Positions 39,701-54,276 are shown, counted from the first letter of the stretch. The stretch: DNA of 64,000 nucleotides from a virus (IMGVR_UViG_3300013426_000029:27134-91133); one strand, 5' to 3'. The notes: generated by a model from the letters alone, not told the origin. Numbers and translations are program-made.

Positions 39701-42700
39701 TTAACTTCGGTTACTGTTACTCCAAATAACTTTTTTGCTAAATAAATTCTTGGATTTTCGGTAAAGTTATAATAATCATCAACCCCATTTAAAGAAATAT
39801 GTAGATTTGTTTCCTAACCTAATATATTTATTTTACATAGTATATTATCAGTGGGAATAAATACATCTGGACTTTTATATGATTTTTGTTTCTACTGTAA
39901 AGAATTTAAATGTTGTTTTACAATATCTCTATTAGCTTTAGTAATGTCTAATTCTTTAGAAGAAAATCCTTCTTCTTGAGCTTCCTTTAATACATCCTCA
40001 AACTAATAAGTTTTATATCCGTTTTCAGAAGGTATATCATAGATCATAGACATATCATAAGAAGGAACCATTACTGTACCTAAACCAGGGTATTGTCTCT
40101 TAATAGATTTTTTGTTTATATTAGAAACAAACTAACTAAGAATATTACTATAAATATTTGGATCACTAAATGGAATCTTTATTTTATCTTCTTCGTGATT
40201 AATGTTTAGATTAAAATCATCTTTTAAAGACTTAACTATTGATTCAGCTAATCCTATATTATTCTTACCAGATTTAATATTATTTATAATAATTCTACCA
40301 ACGGCTTCATATAAATCAGAAATATTATTATTTTTTCTAAATTCTTCAATTGCATTTAATTCAATATCAGATAAATCTAATGCAATCTAACCAAGTTGTT
40401 CATAAATTTGTTTAACGTAATCGTGATAAAAGCCATTAGCATCAAGAGAACTAATAACCTAACTAAACTCAGTCATTTTAGCTTCATCAGCAGTATGATC
40501 TGAATCCTACTGAATACCATACATATTAGATTTTACTTTAACAAAACTAAATTCTTCATCATCATACCAAGTATTTCTTTTATTAATATTTCCTGCTCCT
40601 TCCTTAACAGCACTATCATTTACTAATTTATGAATCATTGCTTGTTTTAATGGCTATTGATATTTACCAGATTCTGTTTTATTTGCAACAGCGTTTACAT
40701 ATTTAGTTACTGCCATTAATGAATTCTCAGAATATACAAACGTGTTCCCATCAAATGATTGAGACCAGATTCCACCTAATGATGAATGTAATTCAAATAA
40801 TGAATCAATAGTATGTAAATTCTATTTCTGTTTCTAATTTGGATTTAATATTTTATCACTATATATATGATCACCATTCTCATTAAAGTAATGATATACT
40901 TTTACTTCATCTCCAACATCATTACCAAATATATCAACTTCTACTTCTACTGTATAATAGTCATTATTTTTAGCTCTACCAAAATCTCGAATTTCATAAG
41001 TACTATCACCTTTTTTATAGTATAATTTATTATTAGGTTTTATATCCTATTCAAGAATATCGGTTTGAAAATCTATTTGATGATCGCTTTTATATTCACA
41101 ACCGTTAATTAAATCAACTTTTCCAAATCTCCAATTACCATTAGAATCATGCCATCTTTTATGATGCATCTTTTTAAATACATTATAAAGATCCACGCCA
41201 TGTCCGTCTTCATTTAAATTATTACCAATGGATTCACGCATCCATTTGTTGGTTATTGCAGCAGTTGCATATTTAAATAAAGTAGATGTTCCATATCTAC
41301 TATTAAAATCATGAAGAATTGGTTTCTTAATTGTGCCAACCTCATTGCAACCTAATGACATATTTTCTAGATTAGACATAATAGGACTTTCAAGAGCAGA
41401 ACCGTCGTGTGCTTCTATAGACTTCTAATCTCCAGAAAAATTAAATACAGGTGCTTTAATATCTTCTATATATGTAACGTTTATACTTTCTGGAATACCT
41501 TGTAAACTTGGTTCAATTTTAGTCATAGTACCAGACATAATTACATTACGTTTAAACTATGCATTTTCACCAAGATTTTCCATTAAATATATCTAATTAT
41601 CATATACAGATTTTATAGAATTTAGTACTTTCTAATAATCATCATCAATACTATAATTTTGATTTAATTTAATTTGTTTACTTAAATCATAAAAACTAAG
41701 ATTATTAGTATCTCCAAAAATCTACGACAATGTTTTACTAATAAACTCTTCAGATAATCCCTATTTTTTAGCAGTTTTTACAATCTAATTTCTAAGATTT
41801 AATTTAGATAAAGCTTTTATTCTATGATTTATCTCAGAACCAGTAGTCTAAAATCTTAAATTATTTCCAATAACGTTATCAATATAAAAAAATCCATTTA
41901 ATGCTGGATTGAGTTCTATATCATCATCTAGATTTATGTTTTGATATAATATATTTTCTTTATGCAATTTTCCATCTTCTCCAATAATTGTTCGTTTTGC
42001 AAGAACCATATAAGTATTAGTACCTACAGATTCAGTCCATTCATCTGTACTTGCTCCAAATTTTTTAATTACACTATAGATAGAATCATTCATTGGGAAA
42101 GCTACTCTTTGCTAAATTAAAGTACGTAAGAATTTTTTCTTTTCGTAATTTAATCTTTCATTAAGAGTTATTTCATCGGCATATAATTCTTTTGAGAAAT
42201 GATAGAGTAATTCATTAATAGTTAATTTACCTCCAGATATCTTTCTATAATGTAAATCACTATATAAAACTAAATCATCATTAAACTATTTATTATGGTC
42301 TTTTACTAATTTAAGTAATTCGTCTTCAGTAATAGTTTGTAATTTTTCAGCAACATCTTCTATTGTTTTAACTTCAGGTAATATTTTTTTGTAATCTTCA
42401 ACTATATTATTTAAAACCTACTTATAATAAGCTCCAATAGTATCCATCATCTATTTAGTCATAAAATTATTAAAATTATTACTACTATAAATTGAATCAG
42501 GAAATATATCACTAAGTCTTATTTTATTCATTATAAACTTAGTTTTGTCTGACTAGGTTGTACTCTATGTATAAATAAATCCTTGATTAATTGGAATAAA
42601 GAATTTACTCATAATAGCATCTTGATATAATTCTGCTTTAGTGAAATTCTTAACTTGTTTAATTTTAAAATCACTGGTTTTTATTTCTGAATTTATAGTT

Positions 42701-45084
42701 ACCTATTCTATAGTTGTTGGATACTTTGAAAATAATAATCTACCTGTAGCTTGATTATTAGATTCTTTTATTTGCCTACTTATTTCGGCACTTAAAAACG
42801 TAGGACTATAATTAGGAATATGATTAAAAGAAAAATCACTAATTACAGCTTTAGATGTATCTCTTTCAAGTAATGCTCTTGTTTTGGCTAACTATTTAAT
42901 CCATATTTCATTACCCTAAATTACATATAACTAATCTCCATTATAATAAGTTTTAAAATATTCTCTTTTATTCGTTTCTGCATCTTTAGCAAATGTGTCA
43001 GTTACAAATTTAACAAGATTAAAACTATTATATTCTTTATTTTCTACAGCCTTTCTAAAATCTTTATAAATGTTTAAAGATTTTAAGTTACGTGCTGCAG
43101 CTAAAAATATATTTTTATAAAAGCTAGTATTATATTTTTGAGAAATTAAAAATTCGTTTAAACCTTGAATATTTTTACTAAATTGTGTTTGAAACATATT
43201 ATCTATGAATACTAATGTATCCATAAATTTCTATTCTTCAGAAGATAAATTTTCTTGAGCTATTAAAGCTACACGGTTATCTAATGTATTATTTGGAACA
43301 TGTGGTAAATTAATTTTAAAATCGTCTTGATTCATACTTTTAGAAAGTATGTTTTTACCATTTTTTTCAATAATAATAAAAATACTATTTCCGTTAATAT
43401 TTATTTGATAATCTTTATTATTACTTCCTATTTTTGATGGATAAACATCTATAATAGATGTATCCATTGTATATATATTTTCATTAACTGACTAAATTAC
43501 TTCAAACTTTCTACTATCAATTGAATATTTTTCTTTAACTTTAGTATCATAATTTTTAGATTCTGGATTATATGCAGTCTAAAGATAATTTAAAGATGTA
43601 TTAGAATTAATAACCCCTTTTAAAGTTTGAATTAAATTATATCTTGATTTAAATCCTTTTTCTTTAAGATAATTCTATTCTATTTTATTCCAAGATTTTT
43701 TATTATCTGGATCAAATACAATTCTATAAACAGAATAAAGTACATTAATATCATTACCATCAAATTCCAATGTACTCATTTCTCGTATTACGCTTAATCC
43801 TCCACTTTTAAAAAACTTTTTAAAAATTGTCTAAATAGAATTATCAAAGTCAGAATTTAAATTTATAATTGCATTTCGTAAATCAACATCTGAAATTTGA
43901 TTTGCTAACGATTTTAATTTAGTAAAAGTACCAACAAAATCTTTTACACTAAGTTTACCAAATTCTTCATGCTTTCCAAAATAATCATATAAAGGAATTC
44001 GTTCTATTAAAAACTAAGAAAATTTAGACATTGTTTTTACAGCATCTGGATTTTCATCACCCCACGTTTTAATAGCATTACTATTGCCTATAGATAATGA
44101 ATATTTATATTCATAGTTAGAAAACCCAAAATCATCTTCAACTTGTATAATTGGATTTACCTAATTTTTAATATCAATAAATTTATCTAATGAAGTTTTA
44201 AGAATAGTATCAAAATAGTCTAAATTTACAAAAGCACTAACCGCTCTATATAAATCTCTTTCCTTTGATGTAACTCCATCTAATTCTGAATTCCATCCTT
44301 TTTCAATATTGTTTAAAAAAGTACCATCATGCTTTAGTTTAGCAATAATGTTATACATTGCTGTAAATACATTATAATAACCTGTGGATTTTCTTTTAAG
44401 TTCATCATTTACTTCTGATTCTATATATAATATTTTAGGAAATAATTTATCATTTATACGTTCATCAGAAAAATAATTTTCAATTAAGAAATTTCTTACT
44501 ATTTGATATTGCTTTTCTTGATAATCAATTATATTAGAATTGAATGTATAATCATTATCAATTATCTCTCCTGTTTCTGGATTTATAATAGATAATGTCA
44601 TCATTTCATCTTGAAATTTAGTTTGGCGTAAATAATCTATTGCTGGATTAGTTGTACCAAATACGTCAGATATCATATCTTTATATCTTATTTTCTAAAC
44701 TTCTTCTTCACTTATAAGGTCAGTTCCTTTTATAACTGCAGAAATAGATTTTTCTAAATCAGAAGGAGGTGTATTCTCTAACAGTTTAGATTTTACTTTA
44801 TCTAAAATTTTTTCTTTATCGTCATCTTCTATATTATTATTCTTTTCTAATCTTTCTTCAATCTAACTTATTAATTCATTTACATTCTTTAAATACTAAT
44901 CTTGATTTAAAGAATTATCTAGACTAGTACTGAAGTCTTTTGACTCCAGTACTTTCTAGATTTCTTCTGAAACGAAGTTAGGAACATCCTGTACATTTTC
45001 TTCAGGCTTTATATCTTGGATGAAATATAAAGATCCAGAATCTTCGTTTTTTGAATAATTACTTTTCTTACATTTTTTTGCCAT
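33798..45084 (-). CDS. Virion DNA-directed RNA polymerase (crAss-type, about 3328 aa, TAG=Gln), complement(join(33798..35621,35888..36865,37900..45084))
   Basis: Splicing restores QGSDY|DIDK (DxDxD catalytic motif) and SAATD|NAKE; RIPAQ motif upstream; all track fragments are in frame within their exons. Confidence 0.9.
35622..35887 (-). mobile_element. ORF-less group I intron (266 nt) in the RNAP gene
   Basis: Exon ends CAACTGAT pairing with internal guide GTCAGTTG (U-G at splice site); P GAATTCAGGAAA, Q AATCTCTGAGC, R GTGCAACGACTA, S AAGATATAGTC; terminal G. Confidence 0.9.
36915..37610 (-). CDS. Intron-encoded LAGLIDADG homing endonuclease (I-SceI-like)
   Basis: LIALLIGDG and LAIWYMDDG motifs; no in-frame TAG. 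Confidence 0.9.
   Translation of the reverse strand: MTKRKFIRLSKEQKSLLIALLIGDGTISSNYVFKLSHSTLQREYLEWKVNLLNTYGIKNNGVKEYISKCGYNTGKEVLYSQMSLIPTIKALRRSVYVPKKTITRKLLEWLNPLGLAIWYMDDGCINVNTSKQRSSIQHTIKIATCVDETTIKTIISYFDEVWGIHFRPFKEGKGTYSIASSSELDCEKFIKIVKPYIEQVPSFLYKIRKDLTKEEFIKLQESGSEVRDIIF
37685..37712 (-). promoter_or_regulatory. Sigma-70-like internal promoter for the intron endonuclease
   Basis: TTGACA-16 nt-TATAAG about 75 nt upstream of the ATG. Confidence 0.4.
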
Positions 45085-45093
45085 TGAATATTA

Positions 45094-48000
45094 TTATTTT
45101 AAGAAACAACTATCACTAGAATTATTAAATTCATCTAATTGTTCATATAATGATTTTAGATAGTTTTCTTTACTTTCGTCCGAATCATCTATCTTACTTT
45201 CCAATTTAGTTTGTATTGCTTTTATTATAGCTTTAGCACTATTTTTAGATAAAGCCTAATTTGGATTTCTTACTAAATTATTAATTCGTTTATCATTTAA
45301 TTCGGATAAAACTTCTTTAATTATTGGAGTATTAGCAAAATCTCCAATTGTTTTAATTTCATTAATTGGTTTTGATTCTTCTTCTATATTAGATATTTTA
45401 GTTTCTTGAGCTTTTTGTTCTTGAGTAGGATTAAGAATTTTTGCGGTATATTGTTTACTTTTTACAAAATTTGTATTCTCTCCATCAATTAATTTTATGG
45501 AAAGATTACCAGAATTTTGATATTGAAGATTATATACATTTCCATTATCGAAAGTAATTTGTAAACCTTTACCTGTTTTCTTAATTTTACTTATATTTTG
45601 TTCTCCATAACCATCAAATAAATTTTTTAATGTATAAATAAATCCATTATCGTCTATTTTTATAGGAGTTCTATCTATGTCTTCTATAGATTTTATCTTC
45701 TATAACATTTTAAATTTATTTTTATTAAAACGATTCTATAATGATTTAATATATTCTTCTTTAGAACTACTATCTTCAAGTCCTTCAGTAAAAGCTTCTC
45801 CAAGTTTTTCTGTCATTTCGTTATGAAGTTTTATAACTTCGTCTATTTGATTTAATGCTGGTTTTGAAGATTTAGTTTCTTTTTTAACCTTTTTTTTAGC
45901 TGTCTCTGGATTAAATTCATTTATATTTATTTTAAAATAACTTCCAGATGCAACCATATCAGTTTTAAAGAAATTAGATTTAGTAGCTGAATAATCAGAA
46001 ATATTATCATCTGATTTATTCTTTCTTTCAATTAATACAGGATCTGAGAATATACCGTATTTAAATTCTGCAAAAGATGCTCTAATAAATGGTTGTTCAA
46101 AATCATTTTCTTTTTCAATAGATACTACACCATGAAACATTAAATTAAATAAATCTTCAATTACTGTTCCAATGTTTTCATCGTTTGGTGCACCATCTTG
46201 ATCAATTTGCTTTAGTATGTCTTCATATTCAATTCTAAATGATTCATCATTACCATTTGTATCACTCTTATAATTTATTACATAAGGTGTAGTTTCTTTA
46301 TCTGGATTATTATCTTTATTTAAAAATACATTTAATCCTAATTCATAATTAGAACCAATATTAAGATAATGCGCAGCTTTTATTAAAAGAATAGGCATTG
46401 CTTCTAACTTAGATAATTTATCTACAGTTATTTGTCCAGAGTCTTCTTTAGTTCCGTCTGTAAAATCAATTTCAATTCTACCTGTCTCTTTTAATTTATC
46501 AACCCAAGTATTTTTAGTTCCAGAATCTTCATATGTAGTTAAATCTTTTAATTTAGTAGTAACATATACTTTTTTATTATCTGATATAGGACTAATTAAT
46601 TTATCTATTAATACATCAAATAATTTATCAATGGCTTTATATTGTGTATTTGCTATTTCTGGATCAATATAAATTCCAACTACATTACTTGTATCTTTAT
46701 AGAATTTTTCATCAGTCTTAGTTAATTTACGAAGATATGCACCATGCTTCTAAGCATATCCAAGTCTAAATTCCCGAACATATGAAGTAACTGTATCACT
46801 ATCATTAAAGTTCCAAATTAACTATAACTAATCTTTTACATTCTGCGATATATTCTAATTATTTTGAACCCAATTTCTATAGTTAGATTCAGAAAGTTCT
46901 TTAGAATCACTTCTTGCTTCTTCAAAGTATATTCTATCTTGTTTACAAATGTCTCTAACCTAATCATCAGTTAGGTTATTATCCTACTTAAATTGATTAT
47001 ATCTTTCTAAGAAACGACCTAATCCAGCACGATAATTCCACATTGCAATATAAGAACGAATTGCAAATGGTTTTAATTCCATTGGAGTAGTAAGTTTAGC
47101 CCCATTCTTTATAATAGTATAAATCTATTTCCATTGTTTCTAATATAAAGAAGCAAACGAAACTCCAACATTGTTAAGACATACCATTCTTACATCTTTT
47201 CTACCTGTTTGTGTTTGAGACATATAAATCTTTTTCAACTAACTAGGAGGTAGTAATAAATTACTTGTCACAAACATTACAGGCTTACCTCTCATTGAAG
47301 GTTTAATTCCTGGAATTTCTTCTGGTTTTAAAAGAATTTCTGGCTATGATGTAATCTATATAGGAGATACTTTTTCATACGGTGAATATTTTCCATCTGG
47401 TGAAAGTAATCTATAGCTAGAATTCATATGCCTTAAATAAGTATATGATGTAAACTTAGGTGGATTAATCTAAAACTCATATTCACCTTTAGCACACCAA
47501 GAATCAACTCTATTTTTATACTCATTTATTATATCATCATAGTTATCTATAATTGACTATAATTCTGGTTTATTTTCTTTCTTTAATGCTTCTTTAATTT
47601 TAAGACTATTTATTTGCCAAGTATCTGGACTATTTAATGCTCCTAAACTTAAAGAATAAGTAACTCCATCATTACCTTTAATTTTAACAATTATTTTAAT
47701 TATTTTACCATTATAGCCACGTTTTTCATTTTCAACGCCAGTAGATTTAGTTGCACCAATATATCTATTACTATCATTAATATCTTCAACTCTAATAAAA
47801 TATTTAGCATTTTCTAAATTTTCTTTACTAAATATTTCTCTTATTTCTTGTGGAAGATCATCATATCTATTTAAAGAATCAAATGTAAATATACATTTTA
47901 ATTTTAATAAATTAGTAATTAAAACTCCTTTGTTACCAGGAGTAACTTTCTAACTGGGTTTTACTAATATACCTAAATCAGTAGTACTATTATTATCATT

Positions 48001-51000
48001 AACCCACGTATCTTGTGAAGTATTTATTCCACTATAATGTAAATTGCTAAAGCAAGTTACTAAATTACAACTAAAGAAATCATCCAAATTAGGAGTATCA
48101 ACTTTTGGAGTTTCTACATCGACAGATTCATCTTTATCGTCTTTTGTTTCTTCTTCTGTGTCTCCTTTAATTTCTGGATTATTTTCTTGTGTTAATTGTT
48201 CCTATGTAACTACATCAGTTCCAATCTATATAGTAGTTGCTCCGTTATTCTAAGTAGGTGGATTCTACTATTGCGTAGTTTGCTAATCAGTATTTTCTGG
48301 CTCTGGATTTTGATTTTCTGTAGTCTACTATTGTGTAGCCTACTATGGAGGTTGTTGTGTGGTCTACTATTGAGCAGGCTGCTAAGTCTGTTGTTGAGTA
48401 GGATGTTGTTTTATTTCTTGATAAAAATCTTTACAATCTTCTAATGCTTTATCAATTTCTGGAATTCTTATTTTTCTAAAGTTTTCAATAGATTTAGAAA
48501 AATCAGAATAACCTCCATCGTATTGTGCTTCAGTCTAAGATATAAACTTACTTAAACCGTTATCAATCAATATAGTTCCCTATCTACTTCTAGTAATAAT
48601 AGTATATAAATCCCTAGAAAAAGCTACTGGATTATTTCCATTTAATGTTATATCTGTAAATACATAATCATATTCACGACCTTGTATTTGTTTAATTTGC
48701 ATTGGATCTGTAACATCAAATCCAGCATCTTTTAACTATTTATATAATTTAGAAGTATTATCTCCAATAAAACCTATAGTTTTATCTTTAGGTATTTTAG
48801 CAAGTAATTCATTACTAACTTCTTTAGTAATAAAATCTCCAGTAAAATGATCTCCATTATAATAAGAGAATTGTACCTTCTTTAATAATTCAGGAGCTTG
48901 TTCAATTGTATTTGAACGAGTACCTGCATCAATTATTTTAATTAATCCATTCTAACTTATAGTTTTTAATGAATTATCATTACGTAATGATAAATATAAA
49001 TCTGGAGTAAACCAACCAATAAAATCACTTCTGAGAATATTATTACCATCATTATCTATGTTACTAGATTGATGATTGTCTCCTAATAATAAAAGATTTA
49101 TATTATTTAATTTACACCACTTAGAAATAAGTAATATTTGAGCAGTAGATAAGTGAGTAGCTTCATCAATTATTAAAGATTTAGGAGGGTTCTAAATTTG
49201 TTTTAAATCTACCCCATCCTTTAAGGCGATATTTCCTTTATTGTTTAGCTTAACGTATGTATCTTCTAATTTAGGTGAGTTTCCACCAAACATAATTTTA
49301 AATAATTCGTCTAATGGCTTACCTTCACCTTTAGTAAGACTTTTCTATAGAGTATCAATTTGGAACTAAGTTGGTCCACTTAACCAACAATTTTCTCCTT
49401 CTCCTAAATTAAATTTAGTAGTTCCAAATGTTTTACCACTACCACCAACACCTCTACATATTGTTGTATTTTCGCATACGTCTAATTTACTATCACTATT
49501 TTTCTTTATCCAGTTTAATGCTTTATTTATTAATTCTGGATTTTTATTTTGAGCATATACAATAAATGAAGGAACTTCTTGCGAAGTTATTGGAGCTATA
49601 TTTTTATTTGCTTCAATAAATTCTTTTAAGTGTTTATAATATTCAAAATTACTTACAGCAAGTGAAGATACAACTAATTGAAAATTATCAACATTTGTTA
49701 ATTTAGAATAATCTAATTTTTCATTAAGTTCTGCAGAAAGCTATCCTAGATAATATTTTGCATTAATTAATCCATTATTAGCTAAACCATCTAATACTTC
49801 TTCTATAGACAAACCTGATTTTCTATAATTATTATATAGTAATTCTCTAACTTTTAATAAAGAAGATAAAGAATCGTCTAATTCTAAATCATCATAGCCA
49901 TCAAGTAAATCAACCCTTGGATTAATTTTAAATGCTTTTCTATTTAAATTAAAGAATTGTAAATATGTTTTTTGTACAACTTCTTTTGTTTTAATAAATT
50001 TAATATCTCTCTATCCAGAATTAATATCTGATTTTTCAATCCATTCGTTTATTTCTCTTTCATATGCTCCTATCTCACCTAATAAAACAGCAGCGTCTTT
50101 TATTTCAGGAAGTTCTTTGTATTCTTTAAATACATCTTTATGATTTGCTACATATTGATTCATCATTTTATTATGACCTACTGGCAAACCATTAGATGTA
50201 TTAGAAGATGCTCCCCAAATAAATATTTTAGCAATTTCAAAATTTTTAAGAATTTGTTTTAATTGATTCTTTTCAGAATCTGTTAAAATAAATTCTCCAT
50301 CCGTATTATGTTTTTTATAATTCTAATAAATATTATTTAATAAGGTTTCTACTTCTGGAGTTCCTTCAGTAAATGTAGAAATTTTATTTAATAAAGAAAT
50401 TAATGGATTTTTTGTAATTACTGCATTCTCTAAATCGTTTAATGTTTTAATTCTCTGTTCTGTATTTACTTTATCTATAAAATTATCTAATGATTTATTA
50501 AAAGTATTTCCAATATTTTCTTCATAATCTTTAGTTAATTTTGCTACTACTTTTGGATTATAACTTAATGGAAGATTAGCTAAAGATAAAAAGATTGCAG
50601 CTTCTTCTTCTGGTATATTACTATCTTTTCCATCTATTAGATTATTAAATTGTTCAGGATTTTGCTTATATAATTTTTCAAATTGAAGATATGATTCTTT
50701 CTATTCGGGTGTAAGAGAAATTGATAAAAAATTTAATGTTTTATCTAAGGCAGTTTCTTCTCCAGTTTCACTAAAAGTAGAATTTTGATCAAGATCATCA
50801 GGCATTTCTTGTTTTAACATATTGACAAATTGATAGAAATCATACATTGTTAATACGTTTTCATTAAATTTATGATCTGGATTCATGCCTAATTTTTCTT
50901 TTTTAAATGCCTCGTCTCTATATTTTTCAAAGAAACTATTATTATCTGGAGTCTGAAGCATTGCATAATTCATAGTTGGATATATATTTCCAATAGCTTT

Positions 51001-54000
51001 AGAAACTTCAACTGCAATTAAATTATTAATTTTTTTATGTAAGTCTTCTTTATCCTAAATACCTTTATTTAAAACTAATTCTCTTAATTTTTTATTTAGT
51101 TCTTGAAGAGGAGAAAGTAATCTTTCATCAAGACCATTAAACAATAAAGTTAATGGTTTCTATCCTTGTTTGTTGGTAGATTCTAGAAATGCTTTTAGTA
51201 ATTCTTGTCTTAATGCTCTAACCTTAGCTGAAAAATAACGTAAATCAGAAGTGGTAATTGGATGCTTAGCATATTCTTGAATCCATTTAAATTGAGAATC
51301 AATATTATGTTTTTTAATTGCATCTTCGTGTTTTTTTCTTCTTTCCTAAAATTCTTCTTCTGTTTCATTTTCTTTCTTTTCAAATAATGAATCAAATTCT
51401 TCTTGTGTTTCAGAATCTAATTTATCATTTACAGTTAAAGTTTTATTTGCTGGATCATCTGCTCTTAATTTAATTAATTCATCAAAATTTAAATCAGATA
51501 ATTTTTTTAATTCGGGTTCTAACTAAGCTTGCATTTCTTTATACTTCTTAAAACCCTAATCTACATTTTGCTTAATATTTCCAGAATATTCTTTATATTT
51601 TTCCTACAAAGTACTTAATTCAGTAGGAGTTAACTATTTAACAGATTTACCAGTTTGCTCTCTAACAAATTGATTAAAGTTAATAGTTACAAATTGCCCA
51701 CTAAGTTTAGTATCCATTGCCCAAAGGGTTTTTTCGACATAACCTAACGAACCTTCTCCAAATAAATATTCTTTTTTCTTTATTAAATCTTCTTTTTTCT
51801 TTCTTAATTCTTCTAATTTTTCTTTATACTTTTCATTATTTCTTTTAGATGGATCGGTAACAGAATTGATATATTGTTGTATAGCATTATCAGCATCAAC
51901 AATCTAATTACTTAAATCCTAAAAATCTTCTTGATATCTAGATATATAAGAAACATCTTTTATTTTTTCAACATCATCACCTTTTAAGAAATCTGTTAAT
52001 GCATTAGCTCTATATTCACCTTGAACCATTTTATCAAATAATTCATCATCTGTTAAATGAAGCTAATTATCATTTAATATCATATCCAACTAATTAACCA
52101 TTCTAGTTAATTGTTCATAGTTAGTTTCTGCCTATGATTTATGTTTTTCGTCAGCTGTTAAATATGTAATATTACCATCTTCATCAGTAGTTGAATCATA
52201 AGATAAGTCTTTGCTTCCTAATCCACCTTTATCCTTTATATTTCGTATTTCAGATAGAATTTCATCTTTTTTACCTTGTCTAAGTAAGTAAGATAATTCT
52301 GTCTAAGATTTTTTCTATGTATTATTTCTGTTATTCCATGCATCTATACCTCCAAATAATGCACCACCAAGAGAACCTCCTAAGAAAGACATTCCATAAC
52401 GTTCTCCCATATTATCCCATGCGCCATAATCTGTTTGTGAGAAATAACCAAGTTTACCAGCAAGTTCACCAAGATTTTTAGTAAGATCAGTAACAAGCTC
52501 TTCTGCCATTTCTTCAGTACCCTCACCCAATGCTTTACCCATTAAATTTAGATTACCATTCTAGTATTTATCCATAAAGTTATTAACTATTTTTTTACCT
52601 AAATTAATACCTTTATTAATTGTATTAATAATACCTTTTTTAGTATCTAAATTTTCAATCTTTTTAGCATTCTTCATAAACAAATTAGTAGTATCTTTAG
52701 CAGACTATCTTAATGCCAATTTAGCTGGATCTTTTTCAAAGAACATTTCACCTAAACCAAGATATCTATCAACGCCAAACATACCTAAAGAACTACCAAA
52801 TGCTAAAGCAGCAGCTTCTCTTGGCGTACCACCTTTTTCTAATATAGAATCGTATACATCTGTATTAGAAATTAATGACATATACACTAATGATAAATTT
52901 TGAGCTAACTACTATCTATTCTAGAATGCTTTTTCAGCAGCTGGCATAAATTTATTTAATGACGCTTTACCAAGTGCAGTTTCAGTCCATTTTCCATTTT
53001 CAAATAATTTCTCAACATTAAAAGGATCATCAGTTCCTAAATAAGAAGATAATTGAGCTTTGCTTATCTTACCTTCTAATGCTTCTTGTAAATATTGATT
53101 AGACTTTTTAGAATATTCTCCTGCTGCTTTTGCAGTAGCTGTATTTAGTATATTCTATCCGCCTCCTGTTAATTTGTTGTATGCATCTACAATAAACTTC
53201 TATTGTCCCCACTATAATGCAGTATCGGACATCATATTACCAATATTTTCTAAGGCTAACGTATGTTCTTGTGCATAATCAGAAGTAGAACTAGAAAACT
53301 TCTAACCAAATCCAGCAAGCGTATTCATTAATTCATTATTTGGTTTTTCATCGCTAACTAACGAAGTAACCATGCCATATGCCATTGGTAATGTTTTCGC
53401 TAATTCTCTTGCTACCAATAATCCAGAATAAGCAGTTTGTAAATACGGAATACCTAATGGTAACATAGGTAATACTGAAACTAAATTTTTAACTATGGTT
53501 CCAGTTGCTGATTTATCTAAACCATCAGAATCCATAAAGTCGTACTTATTAATAGCTGAATTTTCACTAGTAACATAATCTTCAACAGAAACTACAGTTT
53601 TATTATTTAATGGTCTACCATTTAATTTTTCAGTATAGTATTCACCATCATCGTTTACTTTCCATTCTCCAGCTTTATGTACTACTTTTTTACCTGTTTC
53701 TGGATCTATTTCTACTGTGTCTTTATCGTAAGTTGCATATACTAATGGATCATCGAACAATGATGAAATATATGCTACAGGGTTTTCAAATAATGATATA
53801 TCGTTTACAGAATGATCTAGAAACTTACCTGTTTTTGGATCAAATATTTTACTATTTTGCGCTAACTCTCTTCTAGATTTATCTGATAACGAAGTCTAGT
53901 TAATACCAGTAACACCAATAGAATAATGATCTGGATTTTTTACAGTAGTTATACTAAAATTTGGATTACGTACTCTACCATTAGTAGGTCTATTAGGATC

Positions 54001-54276
54001 AAATAAATCATATTCATAATTATCTATTGAATCTTCTGTACTAAAATCTCGGAAACTGCTTGCTATAGTATTATAATACCTAGTAAATTTAGCATCAGAA
54101 AATTTTCCATTTGGATCTTGAAATACTTTCTACTTCTAAACAAAAGGAGTTTTTTCATATGCTTCTTTTGATAAAAACTAAGTATTCTATAAATTCATTC
54201 CAATTACGTCTTTAAAATCCTAAGGTGTAAAGTCAGGATTATTAAAAGACGCCATTAACCAATCATTTTGTTTCAT
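45094..54276 (-). CDS. Giant virion protein D (3060 aa, TAG=Gln) with an SF1 helicase-like domain
   Basis: ATG 54276 to TAA 45094; five track fragments in frame; GVGGSGKT, LIIDEATH, LGDNHQ, QIQGREYD, YTIITRSR. Confidence 0.85.
48250..48410 (-). repeat. Gln/Thr/Pro-rich low-complexity linker (TQQQT-like units)
   Basis: Units ACT CAA CAA CAG ACT, GCT CAA TAG TAG ACC, ACA CAA TAG TAG ACT. Confidence 0.8.

Noticed and set aside
51210-51395. 61-aa minus-strand ORF
   Set aside because: Out of frame inside giant gene D.
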